DNA of 64,000 bases from Microscillaceae bacterium (GTDB lineage: Bacteria; Bacteroidota; Bacteroidia; Cytophagales; Microscillaceae): assembly GCA_025455045.1 (NCBI GenBank), contig JALONJ010000001.1, positions 3,642 through 67,641 of the forward strand, given 5' to 3'. This document shows, piece after piece, positions 9,642 through 18,073 of this stretch. The notes beneath the pieces are model-generated. The model was not told where the DNA came from and made no database searches. It worked only from the letters and a program-made list of their open reading frames with translations. The position numbers and the translations under genes were made by a program. The number at the start of each line of letters is the position of its first letter. Position 1 is the first letter of the stretch.

Positions 9642-10647
9642 AATCTAATTTGATACGGCGTTTGAATTGAATGTTTTCTTCGGCTACCCACTCCGGCTTG
9701 CCTGCCAAAGTGAGGGCTACCGAGGAGTCTTGGGGGCTGAAAGTAGCAAAATCAGCCACAACCTTAAAGTCTTGCAAGCGGATTTTGCTGGTGTTTTCTT
9801 TGGCAAAGCTATAATTAATTTCCAAAAGGCGATGCTCGTTTTTGAGGAAGAATTTGCTCTGCGGCGGAAAATTTTTCAATTGGACAATAGTTGTATGCTT
9901 TTGTTGGGAAAATGTCTCAACCGCAAACTTAACCAGCACTTCATCAAAATTTTTTTTGATAAGCGAATGAGTATCTGCCGGAATAACAATCCGCAACATT
10001 TTTTCAAAATCGTCAGCAATTACCAAGCCCTGCACTGCCAAATAAAAAGGCGAAGGGAGGGCTTGAATCATTTTTTCGGGACCGGTAAAGGTGATTTTTT
10101 TGGGTTCAATTTGAATGTTTTGACGCACTCTATAGCCTTTAGCAAGGGGGATATTGGTGCTATCTAAGGCTATCTCGATGACTCGACTGGCTTTTTTGTC
10201 CATTACAATCGGAATGGTATCATTCAAAATTTCTTCTAGGCGTACTTCTTTGAGCATACTAGCCACATCGCGCCGCAATTGGGCAGCTAAAAGGTATCGT
10301 TTGAGGGGTTGTGTTTGGTTATCCAGCACATATTGAACAGGTTTGACCCGAACTCGGAAAATTTTGCGCAAAATTTGCCAGCCTGAACCTTTGACCCCAA
10401 TACGAATGGTAGAGGGCAAGGGCTTGAGTTCTACGTATTGCTCACGGTCGTAAATAAATTCGATAGGATAGCTGATAACCTCGGAGCGGTCTTTGGTCAA
10501 GGCATTGATAAACCATAGCCCAGTAGCCCCCACTAGGCAAACCAAAAACACTTGCACATCTTTGCGATTGAGATGCCATAAAAGATATGTCAAGCGATTG
10601 GTGGTTTTGCGCAGGCGGCGAGTATTTTTTTTAACTGTTTGCCCCAC
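9631..10647 (-). CDS. YbbR-like domain-containing protein
   Basis: 338 aa; N-terminal basic region plus one TM (VFLVCLVGATGLWFINAL); sits between yajC and coaE as in other Bacteroidota; overlaps coaE start by 11 nt. Confidence 0.55.
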   Translation of the reverse strand: MGQTVKKNTRRLRKTTNRLTYLLWHLNRKDVQVFLVCLVGATGLWFINALTKDRSEVISYPIEFIYDREQYVELKPLPSTIRIGVKGSGWQILRKIFRVRVKPVQYVLDNQTQPLKRYLLAAQLRRDVASMLKEVRLEEILNDTIPIVMDKKASRVIEIALDSTNIPLAKGYRVRQNIQIEPKKITFTGPEKMIQALPSPFYLAVQGLVIADDFEKMLRIVIPADTHSLIKKNFDEVLVKFAVETFSQQKHTTIVQLKNFPPQSKFFLKNEHRLLEINYSFAKENTSKIRLQDFKVVADFATFSPQDSSVALTLAGKPEWVAEENIQFKRRIKLDYAP

Positions 10648-10963
10648 TTTTTTGCACTCTTTGCGTGGATTCTACTGAGATGGCTATTTTGTCAAATACC
10701 AAACGAGTGCCTTTGTCAGCCTCCAAAGTAATCGTTTCGGCGTTGAGGGCAATGATTTTGCCGTGCATACCGCCAATCGTTACCACTTTGTCGCCCACTT
10801 TGAGATTATCTCTAAATTGTTGTTGTTGTTTTTGCTTACGTTGCTGAGGTAGTATCATAAACAAATAAAATATCAACAAAAAACCGCCAACCAAGATTAA
10901 TTGTGGCACAAACGAGTTGGCAGAGTTACTGCGGGCTTGTAGGAGTATAAATTCTAATAACAT
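10631..10963 (-). CDS. yajC: preprotein translocase subunit YajC
   Basis: 110 aa; single TM then LPQQRKQKQQQQFRDNLKVGDKVVTIGGMHGKI, a typical YajC signature. Confidence 0.9.
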   Translation of the reverse strand: MLLEFILLQARSNSANSFVPQLILVGGFLLIFYLFMILPQQRKQKQQQQFRDNLKVGDKVVTIGGMHGKIIALNAETITLEADKGTRLVFDKIAISVESTQRVQKSGANS

Positions 10964-11040
10964 AAATTAATGGAGTATAATAAAAGTTTTTTTTGTTTAT
11001 TCCGAATGGATAAATTTTATTTGACTCTTTACCTATTTTC

Positions 11041-11114
11041 AGGAAATGTTAGCTTTATTCTAAGTCTAAACCCATCTACGCGCGCAGGCTAGACAGACTG
11101 CGTTACAATTTCCT
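11041..11114 (-). repeat. Family-B GC-hairpin repeat, about 75-nt full copy
   Basis: aggaaatgttagc...tctaaaccc...acgcgcGCAGGCTagacAGACTGCgttacaatttcct. Confidence 0.8.
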
Positions 11115-11143
11115 TATAAAGATTTCGATAATCTTTTATTTTT

Positions 11144-11172
11144 TGTAACCAACTGATAATCAATTAGTTATG
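11144..11172. repeat. Family-A palindromic repeat
   Basis: tgtaaccaac TGATAATCA attagttatg. Confidence 0.9.
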
Positions 11173-11256
11173 AATAATCGGCAATTTTCAAATTCCTTAG
11201 CCAAAACCCTGTATGCGCAATGAGCAATACAAGGTTTTATAAAGGCAAATTATTAC

Positions 11257-11808
11257 TTATTTGCTGGGGTTTTTGAGCGGTCCGTTCATATTTGATATCG
11301 CATTTACAGTACCTTTGATGGTTAGTTCGGTTACAGAAGGGATGGTATTGGCATTAATCGATACGGTTTTGAGTTGTTGTCCGGTTTTACCGGCACTGTT
11401 GAACTCTACGCGCAACTCGCCTTCGGCATTGGGAGCAATCGGCTCTTTAGTCCACTCAGGTACAGTACAACCACAAGAAGCAGTCGCATTTTGAATGACT
11501 AGGGGAGTTTTGCCTACGTTTTTAAATTTAAAAATGTATTTTACAATTTGTCCTTCTTTGATTTCCCCAAAATCATATACGGTAGTTTCAAATTGAAATT
11601 TGGGCAAATCTTCTTCTTTGGTAGGAGTTGTTTGTTCATTAGCACCTTGGGCTGAGTTATCAGGGTTGGCTACTGATTGGGCAATTTTATCAGCTTTTTC
11701 GTCTTTGGTAGTTGACTCTTCACTTGTTTTATTATTACAAGCTACAAAAAATCCCATACTTAGAGCCAAAAATCCGATTTTTAGTTTTTTTATCCAGTTC
11801 TTTTCCAT
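11257..11808 (-). CDS. DUF1573 domain-containing lipoprotein
   Basis: 183 aa; lipobox SMGFFVAC; motif NATASCGCTVPEWTKEPI typical of DUF1573; conserved upstream neighbour of yajC. Confidence 0.8.
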   Translation of the reverse strand: MEKNWIKKLKIGFLALSMGFFVACNNKTSEESTTKDEKADKIAQSVANPDNSAQGANEQTTPTKEEDLPKFQFETTVYDFGEIKEGQIVKYIFKFKNVGKTPLVIQNATASCGCTVPEWTKEPIAPNAEGELRVEFNSAGKTGQQLKTVSINANTIPSVTELTIKGTVNAISNMNGPLKNPSK

Positions 11809-11990
11809 TGTTATTCGAATTTTTAATGATGGTTCTTAATAAATTTTTCAAAGATAAAGATTTGCACGCAAAAAATTGTAAATTAAAAATTTAATGTAAT
11901 AAAATGCCTTGGTAATGAGTTATTTTTTGAAGTTCTAAGGTTCTAAATCTTTACAAATCTTGTCAAAAGCCCAGTCCTTCAATCTTTCAG

Positions 11991-12947
11991 TCATTCATTT
12001 ACCACGCCCATATTATCAAATTTATCAATGCGTTGGCTGATACGCTCTTGGGGCGAGATTTTTTCCAAGTTATCAATTGTTTGCAAAATTGCTTGTTTTA
12101 CCGCCTGATAAGCACTTAATGGATCGGTGTGTGCGCCTCCCAAAGGCTCAGGTATGATTCCATCAATCAATTTGAACCCCAGCATATCTTGGGCGGTAAG
12201 TTTGAGGGCTTGCGCGGCTTGTTCTTTATAATCCCAGGTGCGCCATAGAATTGCCGAACAGTTTTCGGGCGAAATGACTGAGTACCAAGCATTTTCAAGC
12301 ATCAAAACTTGGTCGCCTACGGCGATACCCAATGCCCCCCCCGAAGCTCCTTCGCCAATGATGATACAAATAACCGGCACTTTGAGCTTAAACATTTCTT
12401 GAATATTGCGGGCAATGGCTTCGGCTTGTCCGCGTTGTTCGGCTTCAATGCCCGGAAACGCCCCCGGGGTATCAATCAAAGTAACGATGGGTTTGTTAAA
12501 TTTTTCGGCTATCTTCATCAATCGCAAGGCTTTGCGATAGCCTTCGGGGTTTGCCATACCAAAGTTGCGGAGTTGGCGTTGCTTGGTATTGCGCCCTTTT
12601 TGTTGCCCGACAAACATAATGCTTTTGCCTTCTATAGTACCCAAACCACCCACCATAGCGAGGTCATCGCTAAAATTGCGGTCGCCGTGTAGCTCAATAA
12701 ATTCATCACATATATTTTCAATATAATCTAGGGTATAAGGTCGGTCGGGGTGGCGCGAAAGCTGGACTTTTTGCCAGCGAGTCAGGTTTTGGTAAGTTTC
12801 TTTCTTGAGCTTCAGAATTTCGTCTTCCAAAGTCTTGATTGCCGTGCTGATGGCAGGATTCTGATTGTCATTAGCACCAAGTTGTGATTTCATCAGAGCC
12901 AATTTTTGCTCCAATTCAATGATGGGTTGTTCAAAATCCAAATTCAT
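11991..12947 (-). CDS. accA: acetyl-CoA carboxylase carboxyltransferase subunit alpha
   Basis: 318 aa; [34 protein letters not shown] and other AccA hallmark blocks. Confidence 0.92.
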   Translation of the reverse strand: MNLDFEQPIIELEQKLALMKSQLGANDNQNPAISTAIKTLEDEILKLKKETYQNLTRWQKVQLSRHPDRPYTLDYIENICDEFIELHGDRNFSDDLAMVGGLGTIEGKSIMFVGQQKGRNTKQRQLRNFGMANPEGYRKALRLMKIAEKFNKPIVTLIDTPGAFPGIEAEQRGQAEAIARNIQEMFKLKVPVICIIIGEGASGGALGIAVGDQVLMLENAWYSVISPENCSAILWRTWDYKEQAAQALKLTAQDMLGFKLIDGIIPEPLGGAHTDPLSAYQAVKQAILQTIDNLEKISPQERISQRIDKFDNMGVVNE

Positions 12948-13064
12948 TTTTGTTTATTTTGAGGCGAATTTAGTATTTTTATAGCTTCAATTCTCGAACT
13001 ATTTTGCCAAGTTTGGAGTTAATCATACATTTGGAATGAGGTTTGATTTAGGAAACAAATATTT

Positions 13065-13093
13065 TATAACTAATTGATTATCAATTTTTTATG
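13065..13093. repeat. Family-A palindromic repeat
   Basis: tataactaat TGATTATCA attttttatg; divergent accA/moeB spacer. Confidence 0.9.
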
Positions 13094-13177
13094 TAAAAAA
13101 CAATTCATTTCTTAATGATTCAAATTCCAAAAAGCAAGTTCCTTTGTTTAGCAAAGTGTGCAAAAATAAGAAAAAAA

Positions 13178-14308
13178 ATGATGTTTCGAGCAGAAGAGTA
13201 CCAAAGATATAATCGACATTTGATAATGCCCGAAGTAGGGCTTGCCGGACAAGCCAAGCTCCAACAAGCCAAAGTCTTGGTAGTAGGCGCGGGCGGCTTG
13301 GGCTGTCCGGTTTTACAATATTTGGCGGCGGCTGGAGTAGGCAATCTTGGCATTGTTGATGGCGACAAGATTGATATAAGTAATTTGCAAAGACAAATTT
13401 TATACACTACCGCCGAATTGGGGCAAAGCAAGGCTCGCGTGGCACAAACCAAAATACAAGCCCTCAATCCGCACGTGTATAGCCAAGCATTTGACACACA
13501 CTTGACCCGCGACAATGCCTTGAAAATCATTGCCGATTATGACTTGGTGGTGGACTGTACCGACAATTTTCCTACACGCTATCTTATTAATGATGCCTGT
13601 GTTATTTTGCAAAAAACCTTGATTTTTGGAGCTATTTACAAATTTGAGGGGCAAGTAAGTGTTTTTAATTTCCCTCTTAGCGAGCAAGAGCGCAGTGCCA
13701 CCTACCGTTGTTTGTTTCCCAAAATGCCCAACGCGGCAGAAGTTCCCAATTGTGCCGAAGCTGGCGTGATAGGGGTTTTGCCCGGCATTATTGGCACTTT
13801 GCAGGCAAATGAAGTTATCAAAATCATTGTGGGCTTGGGCGAACCTTTGGCAAATCAAATATGGTTGTTGGACGCGCTCACTTTGCAAAGCCGTAAAATC
13901 AAATTTAAACGGATACCTGAGCAAGCAAATATTAGCCAACTCACTGATTATCAGGAGGTTTGTATAACCTCTCCCAACAAAAACCCAATAAAGTCCATTA
14001 GCCCGCAAACCTTGCAAAGCGAATTGACTACGGGCAAGGATTGGCAAATTATAGATGTGCGCGAGGATTACGAGTTTGAAATATGCCATCTGCCCCAAGC
14101 CCAATTGATACCTTTGGGGCAAATTAGGCATCATATTGCCCAAATAGCCACTCATCAACCGGTAGTAGTTTATTGCCACCACGGTATGCGTAGTGCCAAA
14201 GCCATTCAAGAATTACAAAAAATCTACCCGTTTAACAACTTGTATAATTTGGCAGGCGGGATTCACGCTTGGGCTACCGAAGTGGATATTGAAATGATGA
14301 CTTATTAA
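13178..14308 (+). CDS. moeB: ThiF/MoeB-family adenylyltransferase with C-terminal rhodanese domain
   Basis: YQRYNRHLIMPEVGLAGQAKL, GAGGLGCP nucleotide-binding loop, CxxC-like region, C-terminal rhodanese (VVVYCHHGMRSAKA); ORF opens at 13115 but ATG 13178 (MMFRAEEY) gives the canonical N-terminus. Confidence 0.85.
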   Translation: MMFRAEEYQRYNRHLIMPEVGLAGQAKLQQAKVLVVGAGGLGCPVLQYLAAAGVGNLGIVDGDKIDISNLQRQILYTTAELGQSKARVAQTKIQALNPHVYSQAFDTHLTRDNALKIIADYDLVVDCTDNFPTRYLINDACVILQKTLIFGAIYKFEGQVSVFNFPLSEQERSATYRCLFPKMPNAAEVPNCAEAGVIGVLPGIIGTLQANEVIKIIVGLGEPLANQIWLLDALTLQSRKIKFKRIPEQANISQLTDYQEVCITSPNKNPIKSISPQTLQSELTTGKDWQIIDVREDYEFEICHLPQAQLIPLGQIRHHIAQIATHQPVVVYCHHGMRSAKAIQELQKIYPFNNLYNLAGGIHAWATEVDIEMMTY

Positions 14309-14349
14309 AATTGACCAGAAAATTTAAGTCTTTTTTGACTTAAAACCCT

Positions 14350-14550
14350 CATAAATAAAAAGCCTTCGACTTTTCCGGCTGTGCCGAGCCGATCGCCAAT
14401 AGACAAAAATTCAATGGCTATCTTCCTCTCGAATTTAAACAAAAAAATCAACTCAAAAATCATTTAAGTTTATTTTTTATAAATCTGATTATCAGATACT
14501 TACATTCTTGCTTTATCTCCAAGCTACAGCCTGGTTGTTTGAAGCGCACC
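14350..14550 (+). mobile_element. Family-F MITE-like element, diverged copy F5
   Basis: cataaataaaaagccttcgacttttccggctgtgccgagcc...(A core 14486)...cttacattcttgctttatctccaagctacagcc. Confidence 0.55.
14476..14504. repeat. Family-A palindromic repeat
   Basis: tttataaatc TGATTATCA gatacttaca. Confidence 0.9.
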
Positions 14551-14627
14551 ATAAACTTCATTTGTCAATCATCCCATAACCGATATTTGTAAGTATTTGA
14601 TTTTCAGTTATTTACCAAATCGGTTGT

Positions 14628-14836
14628 GGGAAGTCTTCCGAAGGGAGACTGCAAACCAATAATGAAACAGAATGTCTTGACATTCTAACTGCCTCAAGCG
14701 GTTTATAGGCGTGGGTGGCTGTAGGCTAGGGATAAGTTAAGAATGTAAGTATCTGATAATCAGGTGTTTATTATTGAATTTAGGCAACCAAAACCAGCTC
14801 GGCAAAGCCGGAAAGGTCGGATACCTTTTATTCATT
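14628..14836 (-). mobile_element. Family-F MITE-like element, reverse-oriented copy F6
   Basis: Reverse complement of the F1 layout: gaagtcttccgaagggagac...gcctcaagcggtttataggcgtgggtggctgtaggctagg...(A core 14754)...ctcggcaaagccggaaaggtcggataccttttattcatt. Confidence 0.65.
14744..14772. repeat. Family-A palindromic repeat
   Basis: tgtaagtatc TGATAATCA ggtgtttatt. Confidence 0.9.
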
Positions 14837-14926
14837 GTAGTGGCTTTCGAAATAGTCGGCACGAGTAAAATGCTCGCGCCAGTTTTTTTAGCTATTCACA
14901 ACCTTGCACGAGTGGTGGCAAAATTT

Positions 14927-15556
14927 TTAGAAAAAGAATTGCACTCCCAAACGAGGTGCGAATGAATCAACCCCCAAAGTAAAGGTAGATTCACGGTCGT
15001 TGTCCGAATTGCTATCCGTGTTTGGGTCAAACGAACGATAAGAAATACCTTCAAAAGATAGCTCAATTGCCCATTTTTTAGTCGGGAAAAAGGCAAATCC
15101 CGGTGAAAGTCCTAAGCCAAATGAGCGCGATTTGGATTCAACTGTAAAAGTTGCGCTACCCACCCGATCTTCAAATTTGCGATTGCCAAATCCAAATCCG
15201 ACTTGAAATTGGGCAAAGAAAAAGAAGTTTTCGCTAGTGAGGGGAACATAGTAGCGGGCAGCAGGGGCGATTATAAACAAGCCCCTAGTATCAGTAGCTG
15301 TGCCAACTCCCGGTATCAAGTCATTACGAGATTGTTCGTACCCTATGCCTAAACCGACACTAATTTTGTCGGTAACAAAATAACCAAAATTTGGCACTAG
15401 CGAAAAAGAGCTTACTTTTCTATCATTGTTATTGGTTTGGATAGTAGTGCTACTGATACCAAAACTACCACCCAAGTACATAGAGCCTTTTTCAATTTGA
15501 GCATTTGCCCAATCAAACACAACCATTGCTAAGATAATGAATGCGGTTTTTTTCAT
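14927..15556 (-). CDS. outer membrane beta-barrel protein (porin-family)
   Basis: Signal peptide MKKTAFIILAMVVFDWANAQ from ATG 15556; alternating beta-strand pattern; C-terminal aromatic residue (GVQFFF). Confidence 0.75.
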   Translation of the reverse strand: MKKTAFIILAMVVFDWANAQIEKGSMYLGGSFGISSTTIQTNNNDRKVSSFSLVPNFGYFVTDKISVGLGIGYEQSRNDLIPGVGTATDTRGLFIIAPAARYYVPLTSENFFFFAQFQVGFGFGNRKFEDRVGSATFTVESKSRSFGLGLSPGFAFFPTKKWAIELSFEGISYRSFDPNTDSNSDNDRESTFTLGVDSFAPRLGVQFFF

Positions 15557-15827
15557 AGTTTTTTTTATAAAGTGATAAAACTGATTCAAAAATAATTTTA
15601 TTGCCCCATTTAACTAAGTAATATTCGGAGTTTTGTGTAAATTTTGAGTTCATTCAACATCGGTTTAAATCGTGCAGGAAGCTCAAAATTAGGCTTACTT
15701 CTCTAGCAAGTGATAAGCAAGAATTAAACCTTTGTATCAGCAAATTTTCAAAAATCTAAGCAAAATCATAGTATATCAGCTAAATTCTCCCGAAAATTGT
15801 GATTGATTAAATTGTTTGGTTACAAAA

Positions 15828-16442
15828 ATGTCTAAAAAGGCTAAATTTAGTGATACACCCGAGCCCCTCATTTGGCAAGCCTTCAAAACCGGTGATGAAG
15901 AGGCATTTAATTATATTTTTAATCAATACGCGCGTTTTTTGTTCAATTATGGTGATAAAATTGCCCAAAATGAAGGCTTAGTTGAAGATTGCATTCAAGA
16001 GTTATTCATAGAATTGTGGGAGAAAAAAGCCAAATTGGGCGAGGTTCAGTCTATCAAATATTATTTGCTAAAATCTTTGCAACGCAAAATTTTACGCAAA
16101 TTGAACAAAAATCGAAAGATGCTGACCAACGAAGATTCTGACTTACTTTTCAATGACGATTTGATTGATTTTCCCTACGAAAATCATCTGATTCAATCCC
16201 AGACCAATCTCGAACAACAAGAAAAACTCCAAAAAGCCCTTGCTTTATTATCCGACCGGCAAAGGCAAGTCCTGTTTTTGAAATACTATGACCAATTGGA
16301 CTATGAAGAAATTGCGCGCGTGATGTCGATGAATGTCAAAGCAATTTATGATTTGATTTACCAAGCGATCAAATCACTCAAAAAAATCTTCAACAAGGGT
16401 TTACTTTTTATTTTTTATACAATTTTTTCTTTTTTCAATTAA
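15828..16442 (+). CDS. RNA polymerase ECF-type sigma-70 factor
   Basis: about 204 aa from ATG 15828; region 2 (FNYIFNQYARFLFNYG, VEDCIQELFIELWEK) and region 4 (LSDRQRQVLFLKYYDQLDYEEIARVM). Confidence 0.88.
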   Translation: MSKKAKFSDTPEPLIWQAFKTGDEEAFNYIFNQYARFLFNYGDKIAQNEGLVEDCIQELFIELWEKKAKLGEVQSIKYYLLKSLQRKILRKLNKNRKMLTNEDSDLLFNDDLIDFPYENHLIQSQTNLEQQEKLQKALALLSDRQRQVLFLKYYDQLDYEEIARVMSMNVKAIYDLIYQAIKSLKKIFNKGLLFIFYTIFSFFN

Positions 16443-16603
16443 ATCTCATAACTACCTCATAATCAAATAGTTATGATTATTCAATGCTACCTCGTGCTGA
16501 TTTTTGTAATTTTTTCAAGAAATTTTTAAATTTTTTTACCTTCGTCATACGAGATTTTCTATAGAATGGTCTCTTTAGAAATAAAAGGATTCATATTTTT
16601 TCT

Positions 16604-17671
16604 ATGGAAAATTACAACAAAAATTACCTCACTTTCACAGTCGAAGATTTTGCCACTGATGAATCTTTCCAACAATGGGTTTTTGCTGCCAATTCGGAAG
16701 CCGAAGCATTTTGGGAGGAATGGCTTAGGCAAAACCCCCAAAAATTGCCTCTGATTGAAGAAGCAAAAACTATGTTATTAACTTTAGGTTTTTCGCAAAC
16801 GTTTGTGGCTACCGAAAGAATCCAAAAAGTAAAACTTGCCATTGACCAATACATTCAAAATCAGCCGACTACTGTTCAGGTACGAACGCCCAAAACCAAT
16901 CGTTCAATTGCCTCAAAATCAAGGTATTATTATGGAATAGCCGCCTCAGTAGTGGGTATTTTGGCTTTGAGTTTTTTGATTTTTTATGTCCTACAAAAAC
17001 CAACATCGTTGGTTTATCAAACCGATTTTGGCGAAACCAAAGAAATTGTATTGCCCGATGGTAGCCAAGTGGTGCTTAATCCTCATTCCAAAATCACTTA
17101 TCAATTAACCCAACAAGCCCGGCAAGTTTGGCTCGATGGCGATGCACTTTTTAAGGTAAATAAAGTCTTAAATAACTCAAAATCAGGCACTTATCAGCCT
17201 TTTATAGTCTATGCCAAACACCTCAAAGTCAAAGTTTTGGGAACCGAATTTAATGTAAAATCGAGCCAACGCCAAACCGATGTGGTGCTTCACTCGGGCA
17301 AGGTTGAATTGTATTTGAATGACGCGCCCCAAAAACCTCACTACGTAATGAAACCCGGCGAACAAGCCATTTACACTAGCCAACAAGCCCAACTAAAGCT
17401 TAACCGGCTAGAAACCGAAAAACTAGACGCTTGGAAACAAAATAAATTGATTTTTGATGAATTGACTTTGCAAGAAATTGCCGCCATCATTCAAGAAAAA
17501 TATGGTTTGGAAATGGTTTTTGAAGACCCCACCCTAGCGCAAAAGAAATTTGTGGGAGCAGTTCCAAACGATAAAGTGGAAATGCTGTTTACCACCCTCA
17601 CCAAACTGTATGGAATTGAAATTGAAAAAAAGGGCAAACAAGTGATTTTGAAAAGTTGGCGTGAAGAATGA
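16604..17671 (+). CDS. FecR-family anti-sigma factor
   Basis: 355 aa; N-terminal cytoplasmic domain, one TM (YGIAASVVGILALSFLIFYVL), FecR domain (LPDGSQVVLNPHSKITY...VKVLGTEFNV) and C-terminal DUF4974-like part; follows the ECF sigma gene. Confidence 0.88.
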   Translation: MENYNKNYLTFTVEDFATDESFQQWVFAANSEAEAFWEEWLRQNPQKLPLIEEAKTMLLTLGFSQTFVATERIQKVKLAIDQYIQNQPTTVQVRTPKTNRSIASKSRYYYGIAASVVGILALSFLIFYVLQKPTSLVYQTDFGETKEIVLPDGSQVVLNPHSKITYQLTQQARQVWLDGDALFKVNKVLNNSKSGTYQPFIVYAKHLKVKVLGTEFNVKSSQRQTDVVLHSGKVELYLNDAPQKPHYVMKPGEQAIYTSQQAQLKLNRLETEKLDAWKQNKLIFDELTLQEIAAIIQEKYGLEMVFEDPTLAQKKFVGAVPNDKVEMLFTTLTKLYGIEIEKKGKQVILKSWREE

Positions 17672-17688
17672 TAATTTGATTTAAAAAA

Positions 17689-17717
17689 TGTAAGTCATTG
17701 ATAATCAGGTATTTATA
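17689..17717. repeat. Family-A palindromic repeat
   Basis: tgtaagtcat TGATAATCA ggtatttata. Confidence 0.9.
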
Positions 17718-17733
17718 AAATAATTTAGAAAAA

Positions 17734-17762
17734 TGTAACTAGCTGATTATCAGATACTTACC
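17734..17762. repeat. Family-A palindromic repeat
   Basis: tgtaactagc TGATTATCA gatacttacc. Confidence 0.9.
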
Positions 17763-17796
17763 AACAATATTTCGGGTATTTTTTATAAGTAATTGA

Positions 17797-17817
17797 CTGC
17801 ATTTCGCCCAAGACGAA
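17797..17817 (+). mobile_element. Family-K 21-nt remnant splitting a Family-A palindrome at its centre
   Basis: tataagtaatTGA [ctgcatttcgcccaagacgaa] TAATCAatgaattatg; removing the bracketed insert restores a canonical element. Confidence 0.6.
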
Positions 17818-17849
17818 TAATCAATGAATTATGATTTTCAAATAATTTA

Positions 17850-17878
17850 TATAACTCATTGATTATCAGATATTTAGC
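17850..17878. repeat. Family-A palindromic repeat
   Basis: tataactcat TGATTATCA gatatttagc. Confidence 0.9.
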
Positions 17879-17882
17879 CAAT

Positions 17883-18008
17883 AACTAGAAACCCGAAACT
17901 CGGAACTAGAAACCCGAAACCCGGAACTAGAAACCCGAAACCCGGAACTAGAAACCCGAAACTCGGAACTAGAAACCCGAAACTCGGAACTAGAAACCCG
18001 AAACTCGG
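17883..18008 (+). repeat. 21-bp tandem repeat x6 (AACTAGAAACCCGAAACTCGG; copies 2 and 3 have C instead of T at position 18)
   Basis: Six head-to-tail units read directly, followed by partial aacta; unit is related to the Family-C arm tctagttccgagtt; ends 65 nt before the susC-like ATG. Confidence 0.95.
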
Positions 18009-18073
18009 AACTATGGTAATAAAAATAGCAATTAAAAACTCTTACATAATTAATTATAAAACCAACAAGCAAT

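Noticed and set aside
13065-13093. Family-A motif as the Bacteroidota housekeeping promoter (-7 box TAnnTTTG)
   Set aside because: The conserved TAnnTGAT half-site does not match TAnnTTTG. The motif is symmetric and is equally common between convergent gene ends, so a simple promoter role does not fit.
13400-14209. Long antisense ORFs inside well-supported genes (also 22259-22825, 61822-62358, 30655-31059, 3251-3696, 5194-5634)
   Set aside because: Each lies opposite or out of frame within a CDS that has clear family signatures. Their translations are low-complexity with no domains.
14774-15096. ORFs 14774-14965 (+) and 14896-15096 (-)
   Set aside because: The first lies in the Family-F/hairpin mosaic. 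The second overlaps the 3' end of the porin gene in antisense. Neither has protein-like features.
17866-18072. 68-aa minus-strand ORF with SSEFRVSSSEFRV repeats
   Set aside because: It is only the translation of the 21-bp x6 tandem DNA repeat. The periodic peptide is an artefact of 21 being divisible by 3.
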